Of a stretch of DNA of 64,000 nt, positions 11,921 through 21,724 are shown one piece after another. Numbering within the stretch: the stretch's first letter is position 1; each line of letters opens with the position of its first letter. This DNA is from Escherichia phage vB_EcoM_FB, in the sequence record MT682711.1; one strand, given 5' to 3'. The translations under genes and the position numbers were made by a program. The notes under the pieces are model-generated. The model did not search any database. It was not told where the DNA came from and was given only the letters and a program-made list of their open reading frames with translations.

Positions 11921-13204
11921 ATGGCAAAGATTAACGAATTACTGCGCGAGTCAACAACTACTTCCAGCAACTCATTGGGTCGCCCTAATCTTGTTGCTTT
12001 GACCCGTGCTACAACCAAATTGATTTACCGTGATATTATCGCCGAACAACGTACTAGCCAGCCTATTGCTGCACTGTATGGTGTCAAATATCTTACCCCT
12101 GATAATGAATTTAGTTTCCAGACAGGTGCCTCTTATGGTGGTGAAGTTGGTTCTAAAGACCGTGAAACTATCCCAGAACTCACAGATAAGGCCCAGGCGA
12201 TTGCTCAGGGTGAATATTTCAAGTACCAGAATGTGGTTTATAAGGCTCTTAAAGCAAGCCCACTCGCGTCCACTAGCGCCACAGAATTGGCTGATGCTCT
12301 TCAAGAAGGTTTAGTGTCATTAACATGTCGTCTGGTTCCTGATGCTGCCCATACCACTAAATTTGAAGCGAGTGATGTAGAAATCTCTGATGCTGTATTC
12401 CAGGTTAATAAATGGAATGCTCCGGTTAAGACCCGTAAATTGAAGACGGCTTTGACTGTAGAATTAGCGCAGGATATGGAATCAAATGGCTTTGACGCGC
12501 CGGCGTTCTTAGAAGACCTCTTGGCTACAGTAATGGCAGATGAAATTAATAAAGACGTTCTGCAATCTCTAATAACCGTATCCAAACGTTATAAAGTTAC
12601 TGGTGTATCTGATAACGGCATCATCGATTTGTCTTATGACAGTGCTCCTGAATCTGCACGTAAACTTTATGAACTCGTTTGTGAGATGAATTCTGAAATC
12701 CAGAAAACTACTTCTTATTCTGGCACGTTTGTTGTGGCTTCAAGTCGTGTGGCTGCAATGCTTGCAGGTTCTGGCTGGTTAAAACATAAACCCGAAGATA
12801 ATAATTGGCTTCCGGAAACTGCATACGGATATTTGTTGAATGGTCTGCCTCTGTTTTGTGACGTTAACAGTCCATTAGATTATGTTACCGTTGGTGTTAA
12901 AGAGAATTACGGCGGTAATGAAGTTGTCGGTTCTATTTTCTACGCTCCCTATACCGAAGGCTTAGATTTAGATGACCAAGAACACGTCGGTGCTTATAAG
13001 GTTATTGTTGACCCGGATTCATTACAACCTTCTATTTCTCTGATGGTTCGTTATGCACTATCAGCTAACCCGTACACCGTGGCTAAAGACGATAAAGAAG
13101 CTCGTGTTATCGATGCAACCAATATGGATTTAATGGCTGGACAGAGCAATATGTCTTATCTGGTTGGCGTTAAACTTCCGGCAATTATTTACGAGGCTGA
13201 TTAA
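11921..13204 (+). CDS. 24: capsid vertex protein gp24
   Basis: 427 aa; N-terminus MAKINELLRESTTT... matches my recollection of T4 gp24; gp23-like fold family. Confidence 0.9.
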   Translation: MAKINELLRESTTTSSNSLGRPNLVALTRATTKLIYRDIIAEQRTSQPIAALYGVKYLTPDNEFSFQTGASYGGEVGSKDRETIPELTDKAQAIAQGEYFKYQNVVYKALKASPLASTSATELADALQEGLVSLTCRLVPDAAHTTKFEASDVEISDAVFQVNKWNAPVKTRKLKTALTVELAQDMESNGFDAPAFLEDLLATVMADEINKDVLQSLITVSKRYKVTGVSDNGIIDLSYDSAPESARKLYELVCEMNSEIQKTTSYSGTFVVASSRVAAMLAGSGWLKHKPEDNNWLPETAYGYLLNGLPLFCDVNSPLDYVTVGVKENYGGNEVVGSIFYAPYTEGLDLDDQEHVGAYKVIVDPDSLQPSISLMVRYALSANPYTVAKDDKEARVIDATNMDLMAGQSNMSYLVGVKLPAIIYEAD

Positions 13205-14484
13205 TGTCTAAGATTGTAGACCTAATTAAAGAATCCACATTGACGGCTGCCAGCTCGGTTGGCCGTCCTGCTCTTCTTTCATACACCCAAGCAACTAATA
13301 AACGAATCTTTAAAGCCCTAGTTGCTGAACAAAAAACAAATCAACCGGTTGCTGCTCTGTATGGGGTACGTGTACTGAATCCTGACGACAAAATGACTTA
13401 TCTTGGTGGAGCAACATTTGCGGGCCAGATTGGTATGACGGAACGTGAAAATATTCCAGAATTTACTGATTCATCTACAGCTTATGCGGTCGGTGATATG
13501 TTCCAGTTTGAAAGCGTAGTGTTTAAAGTTCTAGAAGCATCTCCTTTCGCCGGAACCACAGAAACCAACCTCAGCGAAGTTATTTCTGAAGCAGTGGCAG
13601 CCGGCCATATCCGTATGGTGTCGGATGCTGCTATTACTTCTAAATTTGAACAAGGCCATCCTGAAATTGCTGAAACCGGATTCCGTATCGACAAATGGCA
13701 ATCTGAAGTTAAATCACGTAAACTGAAAACTTCATTGACAGTCGAATTAGCCCAAGACCTAGAATCTAACGGGTTTAATGCTCCTAATTTCGTTGAAAAT
13801 CTGCTAGGCATTCAAATGGCAGAAGAAATTAATAAGGATGTATTACAGTCATTAATTACCGTGAGCTCTCGTTTTAAAGTCCAGGGTGTTTCTGAAAAGG
13901 GTGTATTAGACCTTACCAACCCTCGCTACGATAATGCCCAGGACCGTGCTCGCACATTATATTATTATATGTGTGAGATGAACTCTGCCGTCCAACGACA
14001 GACTTCTTTTGCCGGGACTTATGCAGTAGCTAGTTCTCGTTGTGCTGCTATTCTCGCCGCCTCTGGTTGGGTTGAGAAAAAGGAAGACCAGGACGAATTG
14101 GCTTATGGTATATTAAAGAATGGCCTACCACTTTATGCTGATATGAATAGTCTATGTGATTATGTTATTGTTGGTGTAAATGCCCAGATGGGTGAAGGAC
14201 AGACGGTCGCATCTTTATATTATGCGCCTTATACGGAAGGTTTGAATGTGGTTGACGAAGAAGGTGATACTTCAGTTGGTGAATTTAAGGTTATTGTTGA
14301 CCCGGAAAGCTTACAACCTACAGTAGCATTGCTTGCTCGTTATGCATTGACTGCAAACCCTTATACCGTCGCTAAGGACGATAAAGAAGCCCGCATTATT
14401 GATGGTTCTGATATGGACAAAATGGCTAATCAAAGTCAATTGAGTTCTTATCTCGGCGTAAAATTACCGCCTTTAGAAAAATAA
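13204..14484 (+). CDS. second gp24-like capsid vertex protein (divergent tandem paralog)
   Basis: 426 aa; shared blocks with the first copy (SRKLKT.LTVELAQD.ESNGF.AP.F.E.LL, EINKDVLQSLITVS, ANPYTVAKDDKEAR); start overlaps stop of first copy. Confidence 0.85.
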   Translation: MSKIVDLIKESTLTAASSVGRPALLSYTQATNKRIFKALVAEQKTNQPVAALYGVRVLNPDDKMTYLGGATFAGQIGMTERENIPEFTDSSTAYAVGDMFQFESVVFKVLEASPFAGTTETNLSEVISEAVAAGHIRMVSDAAITSKFEQGHPEIAETGFRIDKWQSEVKSRKLKTSLTVELAQDLESNGFNAPNFVENLLGIQMAEEINKDVLQSLITVSSRFKVQGVSEKGVLDLTNPRYDNAQDRARTLYYYMCEMNSAVQRQTSFAGTYAVASSRCAAILAASGWVEKKEDQDELAYGILKNGLPLYADMNSLCDYVIVGVNAQMGEGQTVASLYYAPYTEGLNVVDEEGDTSVGEFKVIVDPESLQPTVALLARYALTANPYTVAKDDKEARIIDGSDMDKMANQSQLSSYLGVKLPPLEK

Positions 14485-14504
14485 AAGGGACCTTACGGTC
14501 CCTT
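14485..14504. terminator. bidirectional terminator hairpin between the second gene 24 copy and rnlB
   Basis: AAGGGACC-TTAC-GGTCCCTT flanked by A-run and T-run; lies between convergent genes. Confidence 0.65.
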
Positions 14505-14510
14505 TATCGT

Positions 14511-15518
14511 TTATTTGGATACTAGTTCAACCCATACATGTCTTAATGTTTCTTTTACGCACTCAACGAGCTGCTTTTTAACTTCAACGGGATTTTCCGC
14601 ATCAGTTAATTCCAATTCTTCACGGGCGGCTTCTTCAAGGATATCCTGGACTGTCAAGCCCATCACCTTTCCGAAATCCTTCGGCGATACTTCGCCAATC
14701 TTACTGATGACATTGTTAATGCGGTTAACAGTCACATAATCGGTGAATTGCCACATCAAATCCATATCGTCTTGGGACAATACCACTGCAACTTTAATAG
14801 GCTTATCAGACTTTTTCTTCTCGCTGAATTTAGAGTTCTTACATTTAATCGCCACACGATTTCCGTTTGGAAGCCAGGTAGGAACATCAGGTTTCAATAC
14901 AAAGCCTTCAGCCGTGAATACCTTACCTTCTACCTTAGGAATAAAATCGGTTGAGTTTGCAATAGTTAAGCCTGCGTTATCCACTGCAAAATTATAATCA
15001 GGAACAACTGAATCAAAATCATTAGGAAGTTTAATAAGGTCTTCAAAGCTACCAGTGGCCAGACATGGAGCTACCTTAAACTTATGGATAATACAGAAGG
15101 CTTCCATCAATGTATCGGTTAGAACAGATTCTGAGCCATCTTCTTTAGTAACTCGGATATCGAACACATAAAAGTCTTTATCGCCGTAGTCCACATTCTT
15201 CTGGATGCCTGTCCCAGCGAATTCGCCATAAATCTGGTATGACTGATAATTAATCGATTCAATTAGATGTTGAACTGATTTAATAGAATCAGCGTAGTTC
15301 TTAAGTACAATTTCATAACCATAGAAATCTTCAGCAGGGAGGATAGGGCCAGTGCGCTTGGCGCATGTGACTGCGTCACGTTCTATGATTAAACTAAAGT
15401 TGGTTCCATGAATCTTCTCACGTGCTACCCATTCACCACCAGTCAAACCGTTAGTACGGAGTTTTTCGATAAACTTACTGTTGTAGTGGTTTTCGAGACT
15501 GCTATATTTCTTGAACAT
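14511..15518 (-). CDS. rnlB: RNA ligase 2 (Rnl2)
   Basis: 335 aa; [20 protein letters not shown]... with adenylation motif KIHGTN; strong match to my recollection of T4 Rnl2. Confidence 0.9.
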   Translation of the reverse strand: MFKKYSSLENHYNSKFIEKLRTNGLTGGEWVAREKIHGTNFSLIIERDAVTCAKRTGPILPAEDFYGYEIVLKNYADSIKSVQHLIESINYQSYQIYGEFAGTGIQKNVDYGDKDFYVFDIRVTKEDGSESVLTDTLMEAFCIIHKFKVAPCLATGSFEDLIKLPNDFDSVVPDYNFAVDNAGLTIANSTDFIPKVEGKVFTAEGFVLKPDVPTWLPNGNRVAIKCKNSKFSEKKKSDKPIKVAVVLSQDDMDLMWQFTDYVTVNRINNVISKIGEVSPKDFGKVMGLTVQDILEEAAREELELTDAENPVEVKKQLVECVKETLRHVWVELVSK

Positions 15519-15632
15519 AAATCACCATAATAAATATAATTAAATAGAAGAGCTAGTAGTCTTCTGTCACCAAGCCAAATGGGTTAACGGAAGGACCTAG
15601 ACCCATTATATCACACCTAAATTTAAAGCATA

Positions 15633-15842
15633 TTACTTTGAACTAGAACGCGCTTTGCGCCGAACCTTGTTGTTCAATCTTTTACGATAAACAACCTTTT
15701 CTTTCGCTTTAAATTTGGCCTTGGCTTGTTCTACATCAACCCATGCTTTGGCCATGTCCTTAGCGGTCCCGCCCATTTTTTTAGCAATTTCTATAAAATT
15801 CAACCCAGATTCGTGTAAAAAATGTACTTTAACCTTATCCAT
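15633..15842 (-). CDS. hypothetical small basic protein (24.2/24.3 slot), possible helix-turn-helix
   Basis: ATG at 15842 (track ORF starts earlier); 69 aa; SGLNFIEIAKKMGGTAKDMAKAW then a lysine/arginine-rich tail. Confidence 0.45.
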   Translation of the reverse strand: MDKVKVHFLHESGLNFIEIAKKMGGTAKDMAKAWVDVEQAKAKFKAKEKVVYRKRLNNKVRRKARSSSK

Positions 15843-15924
15843 AACAATTCTCTCGTTGAGTTGGTAAACCCATCTTAACATAGAATTTTTAACTTGTAAA
15901 CAGGAATTTTGTACTTTAATGCAA

Positions 15925-15944
15925 AATGGGCCTTGCGGCCCATT
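15925..15944 (-). terminator. terminator-like hairpin downstream of hoc
   Basis: AATGGGCC-TTGC-GGCCCATT immediately after the hoc stop. Confidence 0.5.
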
Positions 15945-15945
15945 A

Positions 15946-16794
15946 TTAATAAATGTAATCGTATATAATACCAGCTTCTAAAGCGGTGCGATGAATAATT
16001 CGACCGTTACGAGATTCTTGTACATCAACCTCTGAATAGTCGGTAATCATTTTTTGAAGTGTATATCGGTGCAAATAATACGGGCTATCCGGGTCATCTG
16101 TTTTCCAGTCTTTGCCTTCAAGAGTCATTTTCTGGATTTCATCCATAACCCACCAACCAACCCAAATATATGCTGAATTACGAACAGGGAGTGGATGAAC
16201 GTAAGGTAATTCGCCATCCGGAACCGGTGCGACTTTAGCCGTGACTGTTACATTACCGGTTTTTGTGACAGTCGCCGGGTTATAATCAGTCGCCGAAACC
16301 GCAACAGAAACTTCAATAACCTGTGAACCTTCAGTGCTTGTATCGATTGCTAGAGTATCCGTGGTGCCAACTACAGGAGAACCGTCTTTCTTCCAAGAAT
16401 AGGCAAAAGTAGCACCAGCAGGAGCGCCGACCACATCCGCTTTAAAAGAAGCTGGAGTGCCTTCCGGAACATTAATCGAAGCTGGGGTTAATGTCACAGA
16501 AACACCGGAAATGGTTTTATTCTGGATAGTTAAAGTTGTTTCGGCTTCAGCTGTTTCTGGTTCGCCGTCCGCCGGTGTAGTTGTTGCAACAACTTTAATA
16601 GTCTTGCTGCCTGCCGGGCCAACAGCAACATAATCCATTGCAGCAGTCACAGAAGATTGAGGAACGCCATCAACGGTCCAGACAAATGATTCGGTACCTT
16701 CAGCTGCAGCACCGGAACCGGTCGCAGTGAAATTGGTTGTTGCTCCAATAACGGCCGTAGCCGCCAAAGGAGCCATATCTACGGTATAAGCCAT
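15946..16794 (-). CDS. hoc: Hoc outer capsid decoration protein (shortened, fewer Ig-like repeats)
   Basis: 282 aa against about 376 in T4; C-terminal capsid-binding domain strongly conserved (LPYVHPLPVRNSAYIWVGWWVMDEIQKMT...); Ig-like repeats upstream. Confidence 0.85.
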   Translation of the reverse strand: MAYTVDMAPLAATAVIGATTNFTATGSGAAAEGTESFVWTVDGVPQSSVTAAMDYVAVGPAGSKTIKVVATTTPADGEPETAEAETTLTIQNKTISGVSVTLTPASINVPEGTPASFKADVVGAPAGATFAYSWKKDGSPVVGTTDTLAIDTSTEGSQVIEVSVAVSATDYNPATVTKTGNVTVTAKVAPVPDGELPYVHPLPVRNSAYIWVGWWVMDEIQKMTLEGKDWKTDDPDSPYYLHRYTLQKMITDYSEVDVQESRNGRIIHRTALEAGIIYDYIY

Positions 16795-16803
16795 AATAAA
16801 CCC

Positions 16804-17475
16804 TTATTTTAAAGTGACAAAAGATGAGTTACGAGTTTCACGTACTAATACTGAACCATTACGATTAATGTAATAAATCAGACTAAATAATGTTTGGTGG
16901 GCAGAAGGATGTTGGAAAGCAGTTGGACGTTCTTTCCAATCCGGAGTCTCAGAAATCCATTGGTAAATCCACCAAGGAACGGTGCAATAACCTGGGTTCT
17001 TACCGATAAGCAAAAGATTAGGACTGAAGTTTTCAGGTAAAGAGAATACAGGTTTTTCAGATTCAACAACCTTGGCTATAGCCCCTTTGAATTTCTCTTC
17101 GTCAAATGGAACATCCTCTTCGATAATCTCTACCTTAGGAAGTTCGGCTACCTCAACGACTTCTACTGCAGCCTCAGGGGCATCGAACAACAGGGTGGCT
17201 TCTTCTTTAGCTGGTTCAGCACCATCAACAAATTCGTTAGCACCTGTAAGTTCGTCGGCAGCATCAATCAAATCAGAAATGGACAACCCTTCGGTTTCTG
17301 GAAGTGGTTCGTCAGCCAAGGCTTTAAAGCCTTCAGAGATATCGATAATCAAATTATCAAACGAACGGGTTTTCTTAAGTTTTAAACCGAACTGTTCGCC
17401 GTATTCGATTAACTTAGCTTTAGCTTCTTTTTTATCTTCGAGTGCACGAAGCTCTTCAATATATTGAGTATCCAT
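16804..17475 (-). CDS. inh: Inh, inhibitor of prohead protease
   Basis: 223 aa; position between hoc and uvsW; matches my recollection of T4 Inh. Confidence 0.8.
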   Translation of the reverse strand: MDTQYIEELRALEDKKEAKAKLIEYGEQFGLKLKKTRSFDNLIIDISEGFKALADEPLPETEGLSISDLIDAADELTGANEFVDGAEPAKEEATLLFDAPEAAVEVVEVAELPKVEIIEEDVPFDEEKFKGAIAKVVESEKPVFSLPENFSPNLLLIGKNPGYCTVPWWIYQWISETPDWKERPTAFQHPSAHQTLFSLIYYINRNGSVLVRETRNSSFVTLK

Positions 17476-17494
17476 AATTAGTCTCTTGTTGGTG

Positions 17495-17502
17495 TATAAA
17501 TA
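17495..17502 (+). promoter_or_regulatory. T4-type late promoter TATAAATA (uvsW)
   Basis: Exact TATAAATA 29 nt upstream of uvsW ATG. Confidence 0.6.
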
Positions 17503-17508
17503 TAACTA

Positions 17509-17516
17509 TATTTATA
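17509..17516 (-). promoter_or_regulatory. T4-type late promoter TATAAATA on minus strand (inh)
   Basis: Reverse complement is exact TATAAATA, about 35 nt upstream of inh ATG. Confidence 0.55.
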
Positions 17517-17530
17517 ACTGAGAATTACTT

Positions 17531-19027
17531 ATGCAAATTCAAGTACATTTTGATAATTTTAGTCATGTCCGTATTGAATGCGATGAATCTACATTCTACG
17601 AACTCAGAGACTATTTTAGCTTTGAAGCTGATGGATATAAATTCAACCCTAAATTTCGTTATGGCCAATGGGACGGACGTATTCGCCTTCTGGATTACAA
17701 CCGTAAACTTCCTTATGGATTGGTCCCTCAAATTAAAAAGTTCGCTGAACAATTTGAATACTCTCTGTGGATTGACCCACGTATTCTTGAACAGGAAGAT
17801 ATTTCTCGTGAAGATTTTGATTCATGGGTGGCTTCTCAAGAAATTTATTCAGGGTCTACCAAGATTGAGCCTCATTGGTATCAGAATGAAGCCGTATACA
17901 ACGGCCTGACAAAACGTCGCGCAATTCTGAATTTACCTACATCTGCAGGTAAATCATTAATCCAGGCACTCCTGAGTCGATATTACGTTGAGAACTATGA
18001 AGGTAAAATCCTCATCTTAGTTCCTACTACTGCACTTGTCGACCAGATGATTAACGACTTCATCGATTATCGTCTGTTCCCTAAAGCCGCAATGCTTGGT
18101 ATTCGTTCAGGTACTGCTCGTGATTCCGATGCAATGATTTATGTTTCAACTTATCAAACCGCTATCAAGCAACCTAAAGAATGGTTTGCTCAGTTCGGTA
18201 TGTTTATGAACGACGAATGCCATTTGGCTACAGGTAAATCTATTTCTACTATCATCGAAGGCCTAACCAACTGTATGTTTAAATTCGGTTTGTCGGGTTC
18301 TTTAAAAGATGGTAAAGCTAATTTAATGCAATATATGGGCCTGTTTGGTGATGTGTTTAAGCCAGTATCCACCTCCCAATTAATGGAAGAAGGACAGGTT
18401 ACTGACCTTAAAATCAACAGTATTTTCCTTCGATACCCTGATGAATTCACCGTTAAGATGAAAGGTAAAGATTACCAATCAGAAATTAAAGTCATTACTA
18501 AGGCTACCCGTCGTAATAAATGGGTTGCTAATTTAGCTGTTAAGCTCGCTAAGAAAGAAGAGAACGTATTCTTGATGTTTAAAAACATCGAGCACGGTAA
18601 AACTCTTTTTGAAATGGTCAAAGAGCAGCATAAAGAAGTTTATTACGTATCAGGCGAAGTTAATACAGAAACTCGTAATGCTCTTAAGTTAATGGCGGAA
18701 AACGGTAAGGGTATTATTGTTGTGGCAAGTTATGGGGTATTTTCTACAGGTATTTCTGTTAAGAATCTCCATCACGTAGTATTTGCCCATCCTGTAAAAT
18801 CTAAAATTATTGTGCTGCAAACCATCGGTCGTGTACTTCGTAAACATGCATCCAAGACCACCGCGCAGGTTTGGGATATTATAGACGACATGGGCGTTAA
18901 GCCTAAATCAGCAAATGCCAAAAAGAAGTATGTTCATTTGAATTATGCATTAAAACATGCCTTAGAACGTATTCAACGTTATGCTGACGAAAAATTTAAT
19001 TACGTAATGAAACAGGTGGATTTATGA
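17531..19027 (+). CDS. uvsW: UvsW RNA-DNA and DNA-DNA helicase
   Basis: 498 aa; Walker A TSAGKSLI and DECH box; matches my recollection of T4 UvsW. Confidence 0.95.
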   Translation: MQIQVHFDNFSHVRIECDESTFYELRDYFSFEADGYKFNPKFRYGQWDGRIRLLDYNRKLPYGLVPQIKKFAEQFEYSLWIDPRILEQEDISREDFDSWVASQEIYSGSTKIEPHWYQNEAVYNGLTKRRAILNLPTSAGKSLIQALLSRYYVENYEGKILILVPTTALVDQMINDFIDYRLFPKAAMLGIRSGTARDSDAMIYVSTYQTAIKQPKEWFAQFGMFMNDECHLATGKSISTIIEGLTNCMFKFGLSGSLKDGKANLMQYMGLFGDVFKPVSTSQLMEEGQVTDLKINSIFLRYPDEFTVKMKGKDYQSEIKVITKATRRNKWVANLAVKLAKKEENVFLMFKNIEHGKTLFEMVKEQHKEVYYVSGEVNTETRNALKLMAENGKGIIVVASYGVFSTGISVKNLHHVVFAHPVKSKIIVLQTIGRVLRKHASKTTAQVWDIIDDMGVKPKSANAKKKYVHLNYALKHALERIQRYADEKFNYVMKQVDL

Positions 19028-19251
19028 AGTCCTTTAAAGAAGTTATCTATGAAGCCTCTATCGAGAGCTTCATGTCTAAAATTAGTTCTTGTCAAACCAT
19101 GGACGGTTTGGAGGAATTGGAGAAGTATTACAAAACCCGAAGTAAAGAAGCCGAACTTCGTGATTCGGATGATATCAGTGTCCGTGATGCCCTAGCAGGT
19201 AAACGAACTGAATTAGAATCTATGGATGATGAAGAAGAGGAAGATTTCTAA
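19024..19251 (+). CDS. uvsW.1: UvsW.1 small acidic protein
   Basis: 75 aa, ATGA overlap with uvsW, acidic C-terminus; T4 synteny. Confidence 0.8.
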   Translation: MKSFKEVIYEASIESFMSKISSCQTMDGLEELEKYYKTRSKEAELRDSDDISVRDALAGKRTELESMDDEEEEDF

Positions 19252-19259
19252 ACAAAAAA

Positions 19260-19281
19260 GGCCCAACCTTTCGGAAGGGCC
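19260..19281 (-). terminator. terminator hairpin between uvsW.1 and uvsY.-2 (convergent)
   Basis: GGCCC...GGGCC stem; on minus strand followed by TTTTTTGT. Confidence 0.55.
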
Positions 19282-19310
19282 AATAACCATAAATGGCTAT
19301 ACACACTAGA

Positions 19311-19478
19311 CTAAAGTAGTAATTGGGTTTCGTTCAGCTGTTCTTCAGTGTTTTCCGTAACCGGCAAGCTTTGAACGTAATTATAGCATGAGCCCGGATG
19401 AACAGGACCTTTTTCTGTTTCAACAACCAATGCAGCATCGATTGGAGTTTTACAGACAACGCAAATCTTATCTGACAT
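19311..19478 (-). CDS. uvsY.-2: UvsY.-2-like small Cys-rich protein (55 aa); not in ORF track
   Basis: ATG 19478 with AAGGAGA SD 5 nt upstream; MSDKICVVCKTPIDAALVVETEKGPVHPGSCYNY...; zinc-ribbon-like CxxC...C. Confidence 0.55.
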   Translation of the reverse strand: MSDKICVVCKTPIDAALVVETEKGPVHPGSCYNYVQSLPVTENTEEQLNETQLLL

Positions 19479-19506
19479 GATTGTCTCCTTAGTTTATCTT
19501 ACATAT

Positions 19507-20205
19507 CTATTTATTAACTAAATTCTTTTCAAATGTTTTAACCATATAGGCCACATCTAAATCAGGAAATCCGTTCTCAACTATTATGTGTCGAAATTTC
19601 CTTCTTTTAGGCATTCCTTCCTTTATCCAAAGTTCATGAATTTCCTTTTCAAATTCCCATAATTTACTTCTCATTGAAGGCCTAGGCTGAGAATGTTTAC
19701 CTATATGAGCTTCATTAGCCTCTTTAGTACGTTTTTTACCCGACTTAGCTAACGACATAGCCTTTTTAGCTTCTTCTGTATGAGAATATGGATTTCTTTT
19801 ATGGCCATCACTTATGGCTTTTTTGGTTAATTCAGACCTTGGGATGCCTCTTATTTTTGATGCGCCTTTTTCAACAGATTCAGGGGATTTGGATGTACAA
19901 CTACCTCCTTCACCACCTGGCTTCATATTCATACAGCGAATACCTTTACCAAACTTATCCCAGGCCTCTTCTATCAAAAGCTCTTCGAATTCATAAGCAA
20001 GTTTTTCAGTATCGAAAAAGGTTCTATCGATTATTTCCATTCGGTACTTTAATCTTTTTGCATAATAGATGTAATTACCTGACCCTACATACTTATCAGA
20101 TATTTTATCAGAAGAATGCTTGCCAAAATACAGCCTAGTTCCGTTAGGCGAGTATACTAAAGTTTGGTAACACATGTGGTACTTTTTATTTTTCACCTGC
20201 TTCAA
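19507..20205 (-). mobile_element. GIY-YIG (Seg-like) homing endonuclease gene at the uvsY.-1 slot
   Basis: GIY-YIG-like N-terminus (MCYQTLVYSPNGTRLYFGKHSS, then DKYVGSG, EELLIEEAW); NUMOD3-like repeats (SHTEEAKKAMS, PRSELTKKAIS); start either TTG 20205 (AGGAA SD) or ATG 20175; overlaps uvsY 3' end. Confidence 0.6.
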
Positions 20206-20623
20206 ATTTCCTGAGCTCCAACATATTCTTTAATGAGAAACCTCTAGATTTGACCGCATCCAATGCCGAACTACAAAAGTCTTGTAATAAGGCCCAATAC
20301 TGGATTGACGTATCGATTTTAATTACGCTTGAATCCGCCGCCATTACAGTCTTTAATTCCGACTTCTCGTACTGGTCCATACAAACCTCATCACCAGGCT
20401 CTCCACGTCCCGTGTAGAAATCTAATCTCTTCTTAAGAGAGGTCTTTTTCTGGATTTCTAATCGCATTATCTCTTTCTTACAATTCGTATATAGTCTTAG
20501 CCATTTGCTGTGCAGCAAAACGTTGTTCTGTACTTCATACTGTAAACGAGTCCCATCAATCTTTAAATCTTCATCTAATGCATCTTGGAACGATTCTAAT
20601 TTATATTCAATCTCTTTACTCAT
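20186..20623 (-). CDS. uvsY: UvsY recombination mediator
   Basis: Start re-set to ATG 20623 (track ORF starts at upstream GTG); TKLQYE..NNV.L.SKWL, RLDFYTGRGE, KSRGFSLKNMLELRKFEAG match my recollection of T4 UvsY. Confidence 0.9.
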   Translation of the reverse strand: MSKEIEYKLESFQDALDEDLKIDGTRLQYEVQNNVLLHSKWLRLYTNCKKEIMRLEIQKKTSLKKRLDFYTGRGEPGDEVCMDQYEKSELKTVMAADSSVIKIDTSIQYWALLQDFCSSALDAVKSRGFSLKNMLELRKFEAGEK

Positions 20624-20681
20624 AGCATGTTTCCTGTTGAATGACCGTAGGACCATTATACACCATTCGTTTGTACAGCAA

Positions 20682-21071
20682 TTAACCACTCTGTGAGAGC
20701 TGGATTCTAATTTGCTCTAATGTGTCCGGGTCGTCAACAATACTAAACTGAACTGTTACTATAATAGAGTTGTCATCATAAACAGGGGTTACACCTACAG
20801 CAAGAGCAGAAATTCTGGGTTCGAAGTTCCGCACAGCGGAAACTATATTACGCTTAATGGTGTCTGTGATTAATGGGGTAATATTCTCAAACAACTGATT
20901 GCTAATATCACATCCAAATTCAGGCATAAAAGGGCGTGAACCTTTGCGAGTAGTAATAATGCCTAACAAACTATTTTTTACTGCACGAGCACCTGTAGCT
21001 TTAGCGACGTCTCTATTCCAAGACGTCCTCATTTCAGGGTCTAAATCTGAATACATTTTATTGATATTCAT
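20682..21071 (-). CDS. 25: baseplate wedge protein gp25
   Basis: 129 aa; T4 synteny and sequence. Confidence 0.9.
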   Translation of the reverse strand: MNINKMYSDLDPEMRTSWNRDVAKATGARAVKNSLLGIITTRKGSRPFMPEFGCDISNQLFENITPLITDTIKRNIVSAVRNFEPRISALAVGVTPVYDDNSIIVTVQFSIVDDPDTLEQIRIQLSQSG

Positions 21072-21694
21072 TACATCACCTTAAAGAACTCTTTAAGTCC
21101 CTCAATAACGTGGACGGTGTGTTCACCACATTCACAAGAAATAGGTATAGCCAAAATAGGCTTAGGGGCGACTAGTGCATCATAAACTTCTTTTATATCT
21201 TTTTCTGTTATCACAGAATAAAGGTCATCAAGTTCCGCATCGCTTAAATCGGAAAGAAAAAGCTTTTCGCCTGCAGAAGTTAAAATATAATCGATACACC
21301 CGGCGACCATCATAGCTCTATTTTTATCTTCAAAGAGTTTAGGATATCTGAAAACAATTTTAAAGTTGCCAAAGTCTTTAATAACATCCGGCTCTTTACC
21401 CAATGTTGCTCGAGTTAGTGTCATAGGGACAACCTGTGAGCGACCACAACTACAACTCCACTCACGTTCTATATTCACTTCAGCTAATGAATGGGCCCAC
21501 AGGTTTATCACCAGGAGCTCAGATTCTTGCTTGTTTAAATCACGAGCATCTGTGCAATTCGAAATGAGTTCATTGATAAAGGACTCTATTCTGCCTTCTA
21601 ATTTAGCTTGGAGCAAGTCCTTATACTCTCTGAGGGTAAATGCTCTGCATTTTATGGTTTTGTTTTTAATTTTTACGTCAAAAGTATAATTCAT
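21071..21694 (-). CDS. 26: baseplate hub protein gp26
   Basis: 207 aa; AAGGAG SD; T4 synteny. Confidence 0.85.
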   Translation of the reverse strand: MNYTFDVKIKNKTIKCRAFTLREYKDLLQAKLEGRIESFINELISNCTDARDLNKQESELLVINLWAHSLAEVNIEREWSCSCGRSQVVPMTLTRATLGKEPDVIKDFGNFKIVFRYPKLFEDKNRAMMVAGCIDYILTSAGEKLFLSDLSDAELDDLYSVITEKDIKEVYDALVAPKPILAIPISCECGEHTVHVIEGLKEFFKVM

Positions 21695-21712
21695 TGTCTT
21701 CTCCTTTAAGCT

Positions 21713-21724
21713 TATTTATAAATA
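21713..21724. promoter_or_regulatory. palindromic bidirectional late promoter TATTTATAAATA between genes 26 and 51
   Basis: TATAAATA readable on both strands (plus 21717-21724, minus 21713-21720); divergent late genes either side. Confidence 0.6.
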
